64,000 nucleotides of DNA, from the NCBI GenBank assembly GCA_021613535.1, contig CP075492.1:7874001-7938000 (forward strand), in the 5' to 3' direction. Of the stretch, positions 14,739 through 28,924 are shown in pieces. This stretch comes from Adineta vaga. Its lineage: Eukaryota > Animalia > Rotifera. The first letter of the stretch is position 1. Every line of letters begins with the position of its first letter. Position numbers and translations under genes: made by a program. A model generated the notes under the pieces. It made no database searches, had not been told where the DNA came from, and was given only the letters and a program-made list of their open reading frames with translations.

Positions 14739-17183
14739 TTCTATCTCTAATGATATTAAGTGATAATATATATATATATATATTAATATAGATCCATATG
14801 GTGTTTGATGTGTATCTGGAACGACAAAATAATGCTCTCGATCTTGTATATCTTTTAGCATACAAGATAGAAGAAAAGAAAGAGAAAATAACTTCTCTGA
14901 AAAACAAACATGATGAATGAATCAATGATGTTTACAGTACTTGCAAATAATCGTTTAACCATGAATAAACCAACGATTATTTCGATTGAATTTTTGTGAA
15001 AACAGCATGATGTATTTTTTATTTGTGAATCATAATCATGTAATATTCGTTATGAGTAAGAAAGAGTTTATGTCAATGGTGGCATTCCAACCAGCAGAAA
15101 CAGTAATGAAACATGAAATGAACGCCATCAACTAGCGCACTCTATTTCATTTCTATTGTGTGTATACATGTTATAGCAGCAGCTTCCTTTCTTCATGAAA
15201 TGGATGAACTACGAAACATATTGTAACTTTATATCTACGTTCTTAATCTTCAAGATGAATAAAACTATAGAATCGCATTGATGTTTTCTATGTACAGTAG
15301 TTAGAAGGAACGTGAATTGTTAATTAGTTGATTGTTATCTGATAATTCAACGTGGTAAACTGAATAATAAAGCAGTTTACAATGAAATATACTCATTTAT
15401 ATCTATCTCTATCACGTGTATAATCATTAAAACTCATTGTTTACCGATGATAAGATTAGATGAAAAATTACTAAATATTATAGACAATGACTTGTTTTTC
15501 ATGTAAATCTTCCATCATGGTTCTCAGGTATATTTATTAAGTTCTTGTAAATCAGATGAATAGTTATAAAACAAGGGTCTCCAATATAGATGGTTATTGA
15601 TCGAGATCTTCTTTATTTTTCAAGATTTTATTCTTTATAGTATATTCCAATTGTTTGTTGATTCTTCTCCTTGTCTGTTCTTTCATATGACATACATATA
15701 ATTCACTAATAAAAGGGAAATAACATCTCAATAAAATCTTCAAACAAAAATGAAACCATCAAACGTTGAATATCACTCTGAATTCTAAGAAATAGCTTGA
15801 TGTAATATAAGGTGACTACCCAGATCAAAACAGCACGGCTGTACTTTGCCATATTGTGAGCATTCGTAGACGTTTTCAATATTAATGATTGAACACTTAT
15901 TCTTAAAAAATGCTCAATGATATGCAACGATATAATTTTTTGATAAATTTTTAATATTCATTTGACCAGATATTCATTACGCGAACAAACGGTAGAAAAC
16001 AACATGTTTGATTAGGACAACGGATTCATTAATCAGGTTATTTATACTGAAAGATTTAATAATGAAAAATAATTAAACTTACAAAGAATAATGAAGAACA
16101 AGTATATCTTGAATCTAGCTATAAATTTAAACATTTCAAGTTCTTTGGCAAAGGTGTTGAATGTGGTGAACTTAATGATTAATAAAGACGATCGTTGAAC
16201 ATCTTTTCAAATCCTATTTATCTTTCATGAATAATTTCAATATGAAATAATTTTATGCAAGTATATTCGATTTTTAAGGAAATATAGGATATCGGTAAAT
16301 CATAGAAAAGGTCTTAGTCATGTTGTAAATTTAGAAAACATTTTGCATATGAATATTATAATTCTTTATGTACATCTAATATAGTTTTGATTTGTGTAAG
16401 TTCTCCGATTAATAATTCATGGCCATATGATTGCACCAGTTGAGGGTAAAATCGAAAACAATAAACATGATTTTCAATGGCTTACATCAATATGATATCT
16501 TTGGACATTTTGGTAATTTCTTTCACAAGTATCTTATCATAACTGCTTTATAGGATAGAAAGAACGTTGCTATTGGTCCTTTACATAACATCTATTTTTC
16601 GTTGGTTTACGAAGAAAAAACACATAACTCATTCGAAGCAGTTGTTTTTTTAATTGGAAAAGAACATTCGAATATGTAAGAGTAATTGATTTTATTCTCT
16701 TGATGTTTTCTTTTGTATATTATTTATTGCATAAATGAATATTTTCGGAATATTCTGTGTCGCACATTGAACATAGCACGTATAGTACATAGATCTGAAT
16801 ATCACATTTACATCAATATAGTTCATAAGTAGATCGTCGTGTACTGTTTTTTTTTATAAATATCGTCAATCTTCAGTTTATGGCGACATCTCTTATATAT
16901 AATTTTATCTTGCCTTTGTATTCTTTCTATTCTCGACAAATCGAACTTCTCCTTACTTATTTGTCATACTTCATCTTTTTTTCCCTTCCTCGCCTTCGGT
17001 TGATTTTTCAATAGTCATATCAAACTTGACGACCTAAAGAGAAAGGTGATGAAATAAAATGAATTTCTTTAAACTTTTACTATATTTCCTTATGTTTCCA
17101 AACAAAAGAATCTACTCATTAGAAATATATTAATTGCATCTTTTATTTCAGTTCGTCCTTCAAATAAAAAACAGTCAGTTCAA

Positions 17184-18231
17184 ATGGATTTTTCACCTGC
17201 ATTTCACGATCCTCATTCACATCAAGTTTGTATTACAAGAATTATTTCTCTGATTTTACAAATCCTTTTCTCTTCAGAACGAACAACATGCTTCCCCAAT
17301 GTCTTTACCACCATCAGCTGCACCACGAAGTGTTGCACTCAAAGAAGAAGCATATGCAGTTAATATGGATAATACAACTACAACACAACATTACCCATCA
17401 ATTGCTTCCAAAATAACTACAACTATGGGTCCACCAGCGTCAGTTTCATCTTATCATCTTAATTCTGTTGCTCCTTCAACTCCATATTCAGCAGCAGCTG
17501 CTACACCTTTTACACCTCGTCCAGCAGATGTTTCACATTTACAACCAAGTTTACAGTGAATAAAAAATACAATTTGACTTCATTATCTAAATTATTTTTT
17601 TTAGAAATATAGTATCAACAGTAAATCTTGGTTGTCAATTAGATTTAAAACGCATTGCATTACAAGCACGAAATGCTGAATATAATCCTAAACGTTTTGC
17701 TGCTGTTATTATGCGTATTCGTAATCCACGTACAACAGCATTAATATTTGGTTCAGGAAAAATGGTTTGTACAGGTGCAAAAAGTGAAGAAGCTTCATTA
17801 CAAGCTGCTCGACGTTATGCTCGAGTTATTCAAAAACTTGGTTTTCCTGTAGGAAATTTCCAATATCTTCTGTTATTTTTATATTATTCTTGATGTATAA
17901 TTTTAGGCAAAATTTCGAGATTTTAAAATCCAAAATATGGTTGGAAGTGTCGATGTCAAATTTCCAATTCGTTTAGAAGCACTTGTTTTGAAACATTATC
18001 AATTTTGCAGGTTTGAAATTTGTTTTTTGATAAAAATTAATCTCTATCTTTTTTCCTATTAGTTATGAACCAGAATTATTTCCTGGTTTAATCTATCGAA
18101 TGATGCATCCAAAGATTGTATTACTCATATTTGTTTCGGGAAAAGTAGTCTTAACTGGCGCTAAAGTTCGTCGAGAAATTCACGAAGCATTCGAACGAAT
18201 TTATCCCATATTAAAAGGTTTTCGAAAATAG
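17184..18231 (+). CDS. TBP: TATA-box binding protein, 5 coding exons
   Basis: [63 protein letters not shown], later [14 protein letters not shown], ending GFRK*. Confidence 0.97.
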
Positions 18232-18825
18232 ATACTATTTTCATTTATGTACAGAATTAGTTACGGTGACTTATATATATATATATATGTAAACATATAT
18301 CTGTATAGTTTTTTCTCTCTCTCTTCATTGCCTGTTTCTTAGTACTATATAAATGTGTTATGAGCGTGTGCAGATTCTTGTTTGTTGTTGCTGCTGCTGT
18401 TGTTGTTGTTTTTTATTTATGCTAATAAAAGCAAAAGATATATGCTCAGTCAAGATAAATATTTAACTATGTCAGATATTAGGCATTACATCAGATCTTT
18501 CGAAATATTGCCGTGTGCTTTAATATTAACATTCTCTCATGTGTACATCATAGCAAAAAGAAACCTTATTTTGTTTTTCTTTTTCATCCAATGCACATTG
18601 CAAACGTGTGGTGTAATAATTACAAATGTGTTGAGTAAGTTTTGTTATTGCTATAAAAAGCAAGTGAAGAGAAGAAACAAAACATTTTTCAACGTTTATT
18701 CAGGTAAGGTTACTTTAAGTGAAATAAACTTATTTTTTATATACGCTTATTAAATAGATTCGACACTCAGTTTCGAACGTACTTTACTGAGCCACTTGTT
18801 TTTCTTTGAAACATAAATCAATAAA

Positions 18826-20881
18826 AGTATATTACAATCGTTGTATTTCTTTATTAATCTGAAATGTTTTTCCTACTTAGTGGTTCGTGGTCGTGGAGCT
18901 TCTCGTGGACGTGGACGTGGACGTGGACGAGGTGGTAGTCGAGGTGGTGCTGCTGGCCGAGGTCGAGGTCGAGGTGGAGCAGCAGCTCGAGGTGGACGAC
19001 GTGTAGGTCGTCGAACATTTCGACAACCACGAATGGATACTGATCAACAGGCATCCACTACTCCTCTCACCGATCTTGACATAAATGGTGATCCAAAACC
19101 ATTTTTTGTCAATGCAAATGTTACATTAGATCATCATATTCAAGCACAAACAACTAATTTACCACGTTATTTGGCTGCTCTCTTCTCTCTTGATAGCAAT
19201 AGTGTTGAAATAGGTCAAAAGGCCAAAGCATGTGCATTAGCTGCAGCCTGGTGTCGACACGATCATAAATTAGCAAATAATCTTTTACGTCACCGACGTT
19301 TATTTACTTTAACTGAAGTTCTCAAAGCAGTAACTATGTTAGATGCTGGTCGACAAATTCGTGTCTATGAAAAGAAATTAAAACGTCTTGAATTAAGTAA
19401 AACAAAAACAAAAACAACTAAATTAGGCAAAATAAAAAATAATATCGATAATTTAAATAAATTGAAACCATCATCTGGTTCAGCTAGTGGTGCTGTTGCT
19501 CGACATGTTCAACGTTGGACACGCACACTCACGAAACAAGAATTAGAATACTTTGCATTACATATGCCAACAGAACCATGGAAGAAATTAGCAGATATCG
19601 TTCATTTTAATCCAACAAAAGATTTTCCAGCATTACCATGGTTTTTACCATTCTGTTTCGGTACACCTGCACCAGCAGAAACAATGGTTGCACGTTGTCG
19701 AGATTTAACGAATGAAACTGTAAATGGTCTATTGAAGGAATTCGCAATTCCATATTCACATTTAAAAGAATTTAAAGAACAATTGAGTGATGAATCGAAA
19801 GCGAGAATTGCCGCAAAAGAAGACAAACTCGATACCATTCTTTGGTATTACGAAGATTTACAATGTTCAGCTGTTGATGATATAATCGTCGAACGATTAC
19901 GTGAAGGTGAACAGATCACTTTACCTTATGGTAAACTGATGGAACGTCTATTGCTTTGTCGATTATTACGTGAAGGTGAATCGACAACTACAGGACGTTA
20001 TGGCCGTCGAGCTGCTCGAAATGCATCAGCAGATCCAACAAATACAACACCTGCACATCCAGATAAAGCAAAATTCTATTCTGATCTATTACCAGTTGCA
20101 CAGGCTCAATTGGAAAAAATTAAATTACCATTAGAATCACCTGTAGCAGTCATTGGTGATGCATCCGGTTCTATGGAAGTTGCTATTCGTACAGCAACCA
20201 TTCTTTCTTCATTACTTACAGCTATTTGTTCAGCAAAATTGAATTTCTTCAATGATAAAGTATTCGAACCAGCTTTCATTCCTAAAACTCTTGAAGATGT
20301 TTTATCATTGGCTATTGTTACACGAGCTGATGGTTCAACTGCAAATGCTGCTGGTCTTGTACCTTATTACGATGCAAAAGAAGTAATCAAAACATTCGTC
20401 ATGGTCACAGATGAAGAAGAAAATGCCAACGGTACAACAGCTGATGGGTTTTCATCGCGATTTCAAGAATTATTTTTGAAATATCGAGCAGAAGTTTATC
20501 CAGCTAAACTTGTCTTCATCTCTTTTCTTTCTCATCAACATGCCCAAGGTCAAATGTATTCAGCATTCAAAGCTGCTGATGTTCCCGATGTACTTCAAGT
20601 AGGAAACTAAATTTATAACAAAAAATTAAGATCATTTAATTTATATATTTTTCTCTTTCTAGTTCAAATTCAATCGCGAACGTCCTGATTTAACTAAAAT
20701 TGATAATCTCATTGGTTTATTATCAACTGGTTCTTCGACTTCATTTGATAATAATCTTGAGCCATTACAAGCTGAATTTCAAGAAAAAGGTATTGAAGCC
20801 GTCTTAACACGATTGATCGGAAAACAAGATGGAAACGGTGCACCAATGGAAATGCCAATGGATACCACACCGTCAAATTAA
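18826..20881 (+). CDS. Uncharacterised RGG-box + TROVE-like helical + vWA (MIDAS) protein, Ro60-like architecture
   Basis: N-terminal RG/RGG repeat (18881-19010). Helical region contains WKKLADIVHFNP. vWA signature VAVIGDASGSM and FVMVTDEEEN. Long exon 18881-20598, intron to about 20662, last exon FKFNRERPDLTKIDNLIGLL to PSN*. Confidence 0.75.
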
Positions 20882-21544
20882 ATTTTTCATTGTTCCGTTA
20901 CTTTTTTTATATATAAATCAATAAATTGAAGATAAAAACTTGCTAAATTCAGTGATAATCATTCTTCGAATTATAAGTCATATAATAACCGAAGAGTTTA
21001 GCCGACCTCGAAGTTTAGATGATATTAAAAAGTCGAACGATTTCTTATGTTCTTTAGTTTTACTATTCTACAGGATGTTTCAATTCTTGACATGTAACTT
21101 CCTAGCAATCAAAATTGAAATTTGCCGTCACAAATATAAGAAAAAATGTAGTTTTATCTGCTCATTGCACTTATTTTTCAGATTGACATCAAAATGTTTT
21201 TCGATACAGATACTTTTAATATGAATGTCATTGTTCATTAACTAAGTATGCTAAATAGTGTTTCTCTGTTGTTTTAATTTCCCAGAGAGACACGAAAAGA
21301 ATTTTGCTGATACTCCGGATATTCCAAGATGCAATATTCTTTTCTAGAGTGAAAAAAAAGCTTGATGAGTAAACGCAATCAAATCTTATTTTTTATGATA
21401 AGTAGTGCAAAATCATTCATTTCCTAATTGTTCACATTATTGTCAAGCATCAATTGAAATGTGAAAGAGAGACTGTCGTCATCAAAAAAAATAAAATCCT
21501 AAATTATTTTTTTACAAAATCGACAAAACTCCAAGTGCATACAC

Positions 21545-24500
21545 TATTTCTTCAAGCTCAGTGTCACAATGTCAATCTTTCCAAACTCAACTTCTACTGC
21601 TTTGATCTATGCTAAAATTACTGCACCAAGTATTGTAGCAAATCTAATTCAATTTGGTACTCTATTGATTACACATGGATATCAACAAAATTTACTATTG
21701 AATCCAGGTGCATATTCTATTGATCCAGATTCTGATACATTTAATGCAACTGTAAGTATACAATTATCACCCAGAAAATCACTTTCGATTGTTTTTTCTT
21801 GGATAGAATTGGAATTATGACTATTATTGTCGAATATATGATCGGTATTCATTTCCAAATATTAATGGTACACTGTTAACTATCGATGATTCTCGAATTG
21901 ATTCATTGAATCCATCATGTTTCGCAAATCAATCAAGTATATTGTCTTATATCTGATTGTTTTCTGATTAATCTCAGTTGTTGTTGTTGTTTTTTTTATT
22001 TTGAAAACAGGAAATGGATCTGAATTAGAATATCATGGATCAATCCTATCACCCAAATCTTCACTAATCATTCTAGCAGGTTCATTTTCTTCAAATGAAA
22101 CATATCAAATCATGGTTCATATGACACATCGTCAAAATTCTTCTTTGACAGCAACTGGTTATGTTATAGTACATGTAGAAGAGACTCATTCTCCATTGAT
22201 AGCCGTTGCGTAAGTTTGTTTTTTTTTTCGTTCTATTCTATACATAAGTATAAGAGTAATGTTGATTTAGCTGTGTAATTTCGACAATGTGTATCCCAAA
22301 TGTTGAATATCAATATATGAATCCAACTACACAAGCAGCATTATTTTCAGTTTGTGTAAATAATTGTTCAAAAGCTGATTCTATTTCATGGAATATCTAT
22401 CAAGGATCGGTGAATGTTTCATCTAATGTTACTCAATGGAGTTTATTCAATCAGATGAATATTTATCGAGATATTTGGTTTTTCGGTAAAGCTATCACAT
22501 TACTTATCATATGCTATTAAAAATATTGATTTGATTTAGGTATGAATACAAATAATTTTACAGCAACAAGTCAATTATTTCTTACGCATCCTTCGATTAC
22601 ATATTGGCGATTTGAAGTTGTTTACTGGTTCGGAAACAGATCAAGTGCAAGTGCATTAAATTTTATAATGAATCAACCACCAAGTAATGGTTCTTGTTCA
22701 ATAAGTCCTTCGAATGGTACAATAAGTACATTATTTACGATTTCATGTTCAAATTGGTTTGATGAAGATGGAATCAAAGATTATTCATTTTATGGTATGT
22801 ATTTATCCTATTCTGGAAAGGAAAGAAATGTCTTGTATAAATCTCTTGAATAGGATGGAGAACAGATCAATCAGATCGAGTAATGATTGCTTTTTCAATG
22901 TTATCAACAAATGAAGTTCTTTTATCTGGTACAAATGAGAATGGATCATTATTACATATTGTTGCAAATATTCGTGATATATATGATTGTGTTACTGAAT
23001 ATAATATATCATCTGTATTTATTGAATCGAATTTTGAAGAAATAGAAAGTTTTATGAATTCTACAAATAATTCATTTATTTCGATGCTTGCAAGTGGAAA
23101 TCAAAATCGTATTAGTCAAATAATAACATCATTATCTCATGAATTCAATAAGATCAATGATCAAGCAATTGAAAATGCTTTGATAAGTGAGTAATCTTGT
23201 CGATATACTTTATAAAAAAAAAACAAGATAATAATGTTCATATAGATGGTATTCCTATATCTACAATATCTATCTCATCATTAAATAGTAAAACTCAACA
23301 AACAGTAAGTTTATTTTGTGATATTTATTGTTTGTTTTATAGATTCACTTGTTATGTATTTGTAGTCATTATCTGGTGTATTGAATACAACTATTGCTCT
23401 TATTGAATATAATAAACAATTGAATAAATATGCAAATGCTCGAGATCTTCTTATTCGTTATATGACAAATCTGTCGATTACAACAATTGAAAGTATCAAA
23501 TTACAATCATCTTCATTAGCTCAGTTTACTAAAGCAACAAATCAATTAACACGAAATTCTTTGGTAATGTCATAAGATTGATTGTATTTCTCTAGTTTCC
23601 TTTCGTTGATAGACTATTGTATCGAATAAATGTTATGAATTAGCATTAGCATTACAAATGAAAAGTACAAGAATCTCTTCGGATGATGTTCAAATTGTAG
23701 GAAGATATTTAAGTGAATGTATAAATAATGTGTTGAGTAGTGTAAATGGTCCATTACAAGTTCGAACAAGTATTCTTGATAAAGATTGGTCTGATGCAAA
23801 TGATTTTCCTATTGATTATGATACTGATCTTGATTCTGAATGGTCAAATCCAAGTATGATAAGAAATGAATGATGTTTAAAAAGATTTGATTTGATGTGT
23901 TTAGATTTATTTGCTGATAAAAATGATTTTTCATGGGAAACAATTGAAAAAGGTCGAAATAATTATTATCAAAAACAATTATCAAAAACAATTCATAATA
24001 AAATGAGTGAAACTATTTCATTGATCAGTAATACAATGAAAACTCATTTAAATCTTGGTCAAAATATGACAATTAATTGTTCATCAATATTTTATCAAAT
24101 GGAAATCATATTAAATTCATCATTATTAAATAAACGAATTGAACAAACAAGTGATGCACATATTATTATTCCATCAAGTATTCATTTAATAAATAATAAT
24201 CATTCTATTATTTCACTTCGAGTTCGTTTTGATTTATATAATAAAATAATCGAATATAATTTTATTGTTTCTTTTAGTCAATTGTTCAATCACTTGCATT
24301 ATCTGATGATAATGGTTTAATATCAAATACAAATCTTTCACGAAGTATTTCATTGACAATCTTAGATCATAATGGAAATGAAATTCCAATTACAACAGAT
24401 TTAAATGATCGAATTGAATTAATTATTCCACGTGATCCAAATTTACAAATTCCATCAATGACTTTACAAAATGTTACAACATCGAATGGAAACACTTCTT

Positions 24501-27500
24501 CTTCTTCTTCTTCTTCTTCTCACAATCAAATGTTTAATCTTCATTTTGTAAAATATGCTCAATCACGATGGAATAATAATCGAAGTGTTGCATTAATGTT
24601 TGAAATGAAACCATTGAATGAAAGTATTGGTTATTTGTTAATTTATCGATTTGATCAATCACCACAATTGAATAATTCAATATCTCTTCTTGATGGATGG
24701 ACATATTTGTGTCCTTCAAGTTTGTTTTCATATTTTTGTTTGATTTAATTCAATAGAATTGTTTGATTTAGATTTGACTTCGAATAAACTTTATGAATAT
24801 TTTCTTAATAATCAACAAACATTTGGTCATCAATCAATAATTTATGGTTTACGAGAATTAAATTCAACAGAATATGAAATAACATGTACAAATCAATCAT
24901 TAAATAATCTTTTAATAACAGATCAACGATTTAATTTTAGTTCAAATTATGAACTTCGAACTTATACATCGTGTTGTTATTATTTAGATAATAAGAATAT
25001 TTGGCAAACACAAGGATTATTAGTAAATATTGTTTGAATTTCTTATTGAAATTATTGATTTGTTTGTTAAAGGTTGGATCTGAAACAAATCATAAACAAA
25101 CACAATGTTTATCAACTCATTTAACAACATTTGCAGGTGGATTTCTTGTTTTACCATCACCAATTAATTGGAATTATGTTTTTGCAAATGGTGATTTTGT
25201 TCGAAATAAAACAATTTATTTAACAATTATTTGTATTTGTATATTTTATATTCTGATCATTATTTATGCACATTATAAAGATAAGAAAGATTTAGAAAAA
25301 TTAGGTGTAACACCATTAGCTGATAATTGTCATAATGATCAATATTTTTATCAAATTCTGGTATTTACTGGTCATCGAAAAGATGCAGGAACAGATTCAA
25401 AAGTAAGATCTAAAAATGAAGAGAAAAGAATTGATATATTTGTTGATAGGTTCATTTTATTATTGTGGGTAATGAAGATGAAACAAATGTTCGTCAATTT
25501 GATGATGGAAATCGAAAGATTTTACAACGTGGTGGAATTGATGCATTTATTCTAAGTGTTCCAAAGTAAAGATAACATATAATTATTTATGTAAATGAAA
25601 TATTACTTTTGTAGATCATTGGGATCATTGAATTATATTCGAATATGGCATAATAATAGTGGAGAAGGTGGAAAAGCATCATGGTTTTTGAAATATCTAA
25701 TCATTCGTGATTTACAAACAATGGAAAAATCTTATTTTATTTGTCAACAATGGTTTGGTGTAGAGAAAGATGATGGTCGTGTAAGTAATTGTATTTTTTT
25801 TTAAATAGATTATTGAGAATAAGAAAATGAGATTTAGATTGAACGTATTTTACCAATTGCTGGTGATTTACAAAAACAAGAATTCTCTTATTTATTATCA
25901 AAACAAGCTTATCATAGTATGTCTGAAGGTCATTTATGGTTTTCAATCTTTTCTCGTCCACCATCAAATAAATTTACTCGTGTTCAACGATGTACATGTT
26001 GTTTTGTATTATTATTTACTTCAATGCTTTTAAATATTCTCTATTATGATCAAATGAATAATGCAAAAGCAAATCAAATAACAGGAAGTCTTTCATTTGG
26101 ACCACTTCTTGTAACTCGTGAACAAGTATAAATTATTTTCTCAAATTTAAATGATAAAGAAACATTTTTATTTTTTTATTTTTAAAATCAAATGTTTAGA
26201 TTGGAATTGGTATTATTGTTGAACTTCTTTCATTTATTCCAAGTTTATTATTGATTGAATTATTTCGACGAATTTCACTTCGTCAATGTAAAGATGATCA
26301 ATCTCCATTGTATAAAACACTTGTAAAACTCAAACAAGAACCAATTAAAAAGTTTGTTAATGAACGAAAGATTGTTGAATATTTTTTGTTTAATTATATT
26401 TAGAATTGAATTAAAAACAAAGAAACAACGAAGATTAATTTTTCCATGGTGGTGTATTTTTATTGCATATGGTTTATCATTTCTAATAATTATTGTTTCA
26501 TCATTTTTTATAATTGTTCGTGGAATTGAATTTGGTGATGTTAAAATACAAAAATGGTTAACATCACTTGTAAGTGGATTCTTTTCATCAATTTTACTTA
26601 TTCAACCATTGAAAGTAAGATGATTTTGTTTTTTGTATAAGAAAGTTATGTAATCATTGTTATTGTTATTCTTTTTTCTAGATCATTGCATTAGCAATCT
26701 TTTTTGCATTTTTTATTCGTAAATCTGATAAAGATAAAGAAGCAGCTGAATATTTCGAAGATGGAAATGATTTTAATCTAAATTCAAATGAAGAATATCT
26801 TCATTCATCACAGGTTATTTATTTTATTGATTAAATATTTAATTTAAATATAAAAGATTATTTGATAAATTTAGAAAGTATCTTCATTGATTAATCGAAA
26901 TGGAAATCGAAATGATGTTAATCGTTTAAATGAAGATGAATTAATAAATGCTCGTGATATTCGTTTGAAAGAGATTCGAATGTGGGAAATTATTCGTGAA
27001 ACATTGAATTATATTTGTTATTTAACATTGATTTATTTGATAACTTATTCAAATATAAATTCAAATGCATTTTTTCAAGTAAATCATTTAGAAAAATTCT
27101 TTTTAAATTCCCGACAAAGCGATATAGATTATCGAAAAGTAATTTGATTGTTTTAATTGAATAACTAAATATATATATATATATATAAATATGTATATGA
27201 ATAGATTTCAACAATTGATAATTATTGGAATTGGTTAGAAAGAAGTTTTGTATCAAATATTCGTGCACAAGAATGGTATAATGGTAATGCAGCAAGAAAT
27301 CTAAGTGGTTTTATAAATGATAAATCAAATCGATTGATTGGAAGAGTTTTAATGAGACAATTACGTGTGAAAAAGAATTTATGTTTTAGTAAAATTTCAT
27401 CGAAATGTAATGAAGATTATAATTTGTTAAATGAAGAAAAACAATCATTTCAAATTGGTTGGATAAATGAAATTAATCTGAAAAGAGAAGATTTGAATTC

Positions 27501-28726
27501 ATCAATTGAACAAGCATTTATTTATGAATTGAATAATAAATTTGATCAATATATGTATACAGGTAATCATGCAACATATAGTTCTAATGGATTTATTTAT
27601 GAATATCGTGGACGATTGAATGAATTACAAAGTAATTTATCTGAACTTCATCGATGGAATTGGATTGATCAACAAACAAGAGCAATACTTATTCAATTAA
27701 CATTATATAATCCAAATATTGATTTATTTACTTCAGGAATATTTCTAACGGAATTTTTATCAACAGGTGGTTTAATTTCACAATATCGTTTTGAACCAAG
27801 TTCATTTCAAAGTTTGTTTAATTTATCTTTATGATGTAAATTCATTGAATTTTATCGTTTTATTTAGTTTTTACATCAACATTTCAATTAATTTGTACAA
27901 TCATTTATATGTTATTTGTTATTTATAATATGATTCATGAAATTCGACGATTTCTTCATTTGAAATGTTCATATTTTCATCATTTTTGGAGTTATGTTGA
28001 TGTTGGTATAATTGGTTGTTCATGGGGTGTTTTAGGTGTTTATATCTGGCGATATCATCAATCAATATCGATTGGTAATCGATTTCGAGAAACGAATGGA
28101 TATGTTTATATAAATTTACAATTGACAAATTATATCAATGATGTCTTAACATATCTTCTTGGTTTTTGTTGTTTTTTCGGTACATTGAAATTTCTTCGTC
28201 TTTGTCGATTTCATCGACGTTTGTCTTTGTTTACAAAGACATTAGAACATGCACGACGAGATTTGATTTCATTTCTTGGAATGTTTTCTTTTGTATTTAT
28301 GGCATTTCTTGCATTATTTTACTTATTATTTATTGGGAAATTGTGGAGTTGTTCAACATTATTACATACAGCACAAATGTTATTTGAAATGATGTTAATG
28401 AAATTCGATGCACATGAATTACAAGATGCCGCACCATTTCTTGGACCATTTGTTTTTAGTTTGTTCATTTTATTGATCGTCTTTGTTTGTATGAGTATGT
28501 TTGTTACCATTGTCAATGATAGCTTTCGAACAGTTCGCGATATTGCCAATGGGATGCCTAATGAAGATGAAGTTGTATTGGAATATATGATTCAAAAGTT
28601 TCGACAATGGATCGGTGAGATAGATTGATAGTTGTATTTTTATACGAAACATTTTCTCTTTTTCTAGGTTTACGATGGGTGAATGGTGGTAAACAGCCAG
28701 AACAAAAAAACTTTCAAATGCCCTAA
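21545..28726 (+). CDS. Polycystin-1-like (REJ, GAIN/GPS, PLAT/LH2, PKD channel) multi-exon gene, probably 5'-incomplete
   Basis: REJ: LLLNPGAYSIDPD, NQPPSNGSCSISPSNG. GPS: TQCLSTHLTTFAGGF. PLAT: YQILVFTGHRKDAGTDSKV, IRIWHNNSG. Also HLWFSIFSRPPSNKFTRVQRCTCC, WIDQQTRAILIQLTLYNPN, and channel TMs GPFVFSLFILLIVFVCMSMFVTIVNDSF. Confidence 0.88.
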
Positions 28727-28924
28727 AATTGTTCGCATTTAATGAAAACATTTTCATGGGATATTTATATATTATCCGTTCTTTTTGCTTAAAACTAAAA
28801 CTAAATAGGAGCAATATAAATTGTGTTAGACGTATATTAAAGAATATGAAAAATAATAAAGAGGGTGACAATATGTGAAAATGCATTATTAACTAGAGGG
28901 TACTCGAGCTTCACTCTAGTACAG

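Noticed and set aside
18881-19010. GGACGT/GGTCGA hexamer repeats as a DNA repeat array or CRISPR
   Set aside because: They are the codons of the RG/RGG tract, with no repeat-spacer structure.
20882-21540. Y-RNA-like partner gene next to the Ro60-like gene
   Set aside because: I could not see a convincing terminal stem with a Pol III terminator by eye. A covariance-model search is needed.
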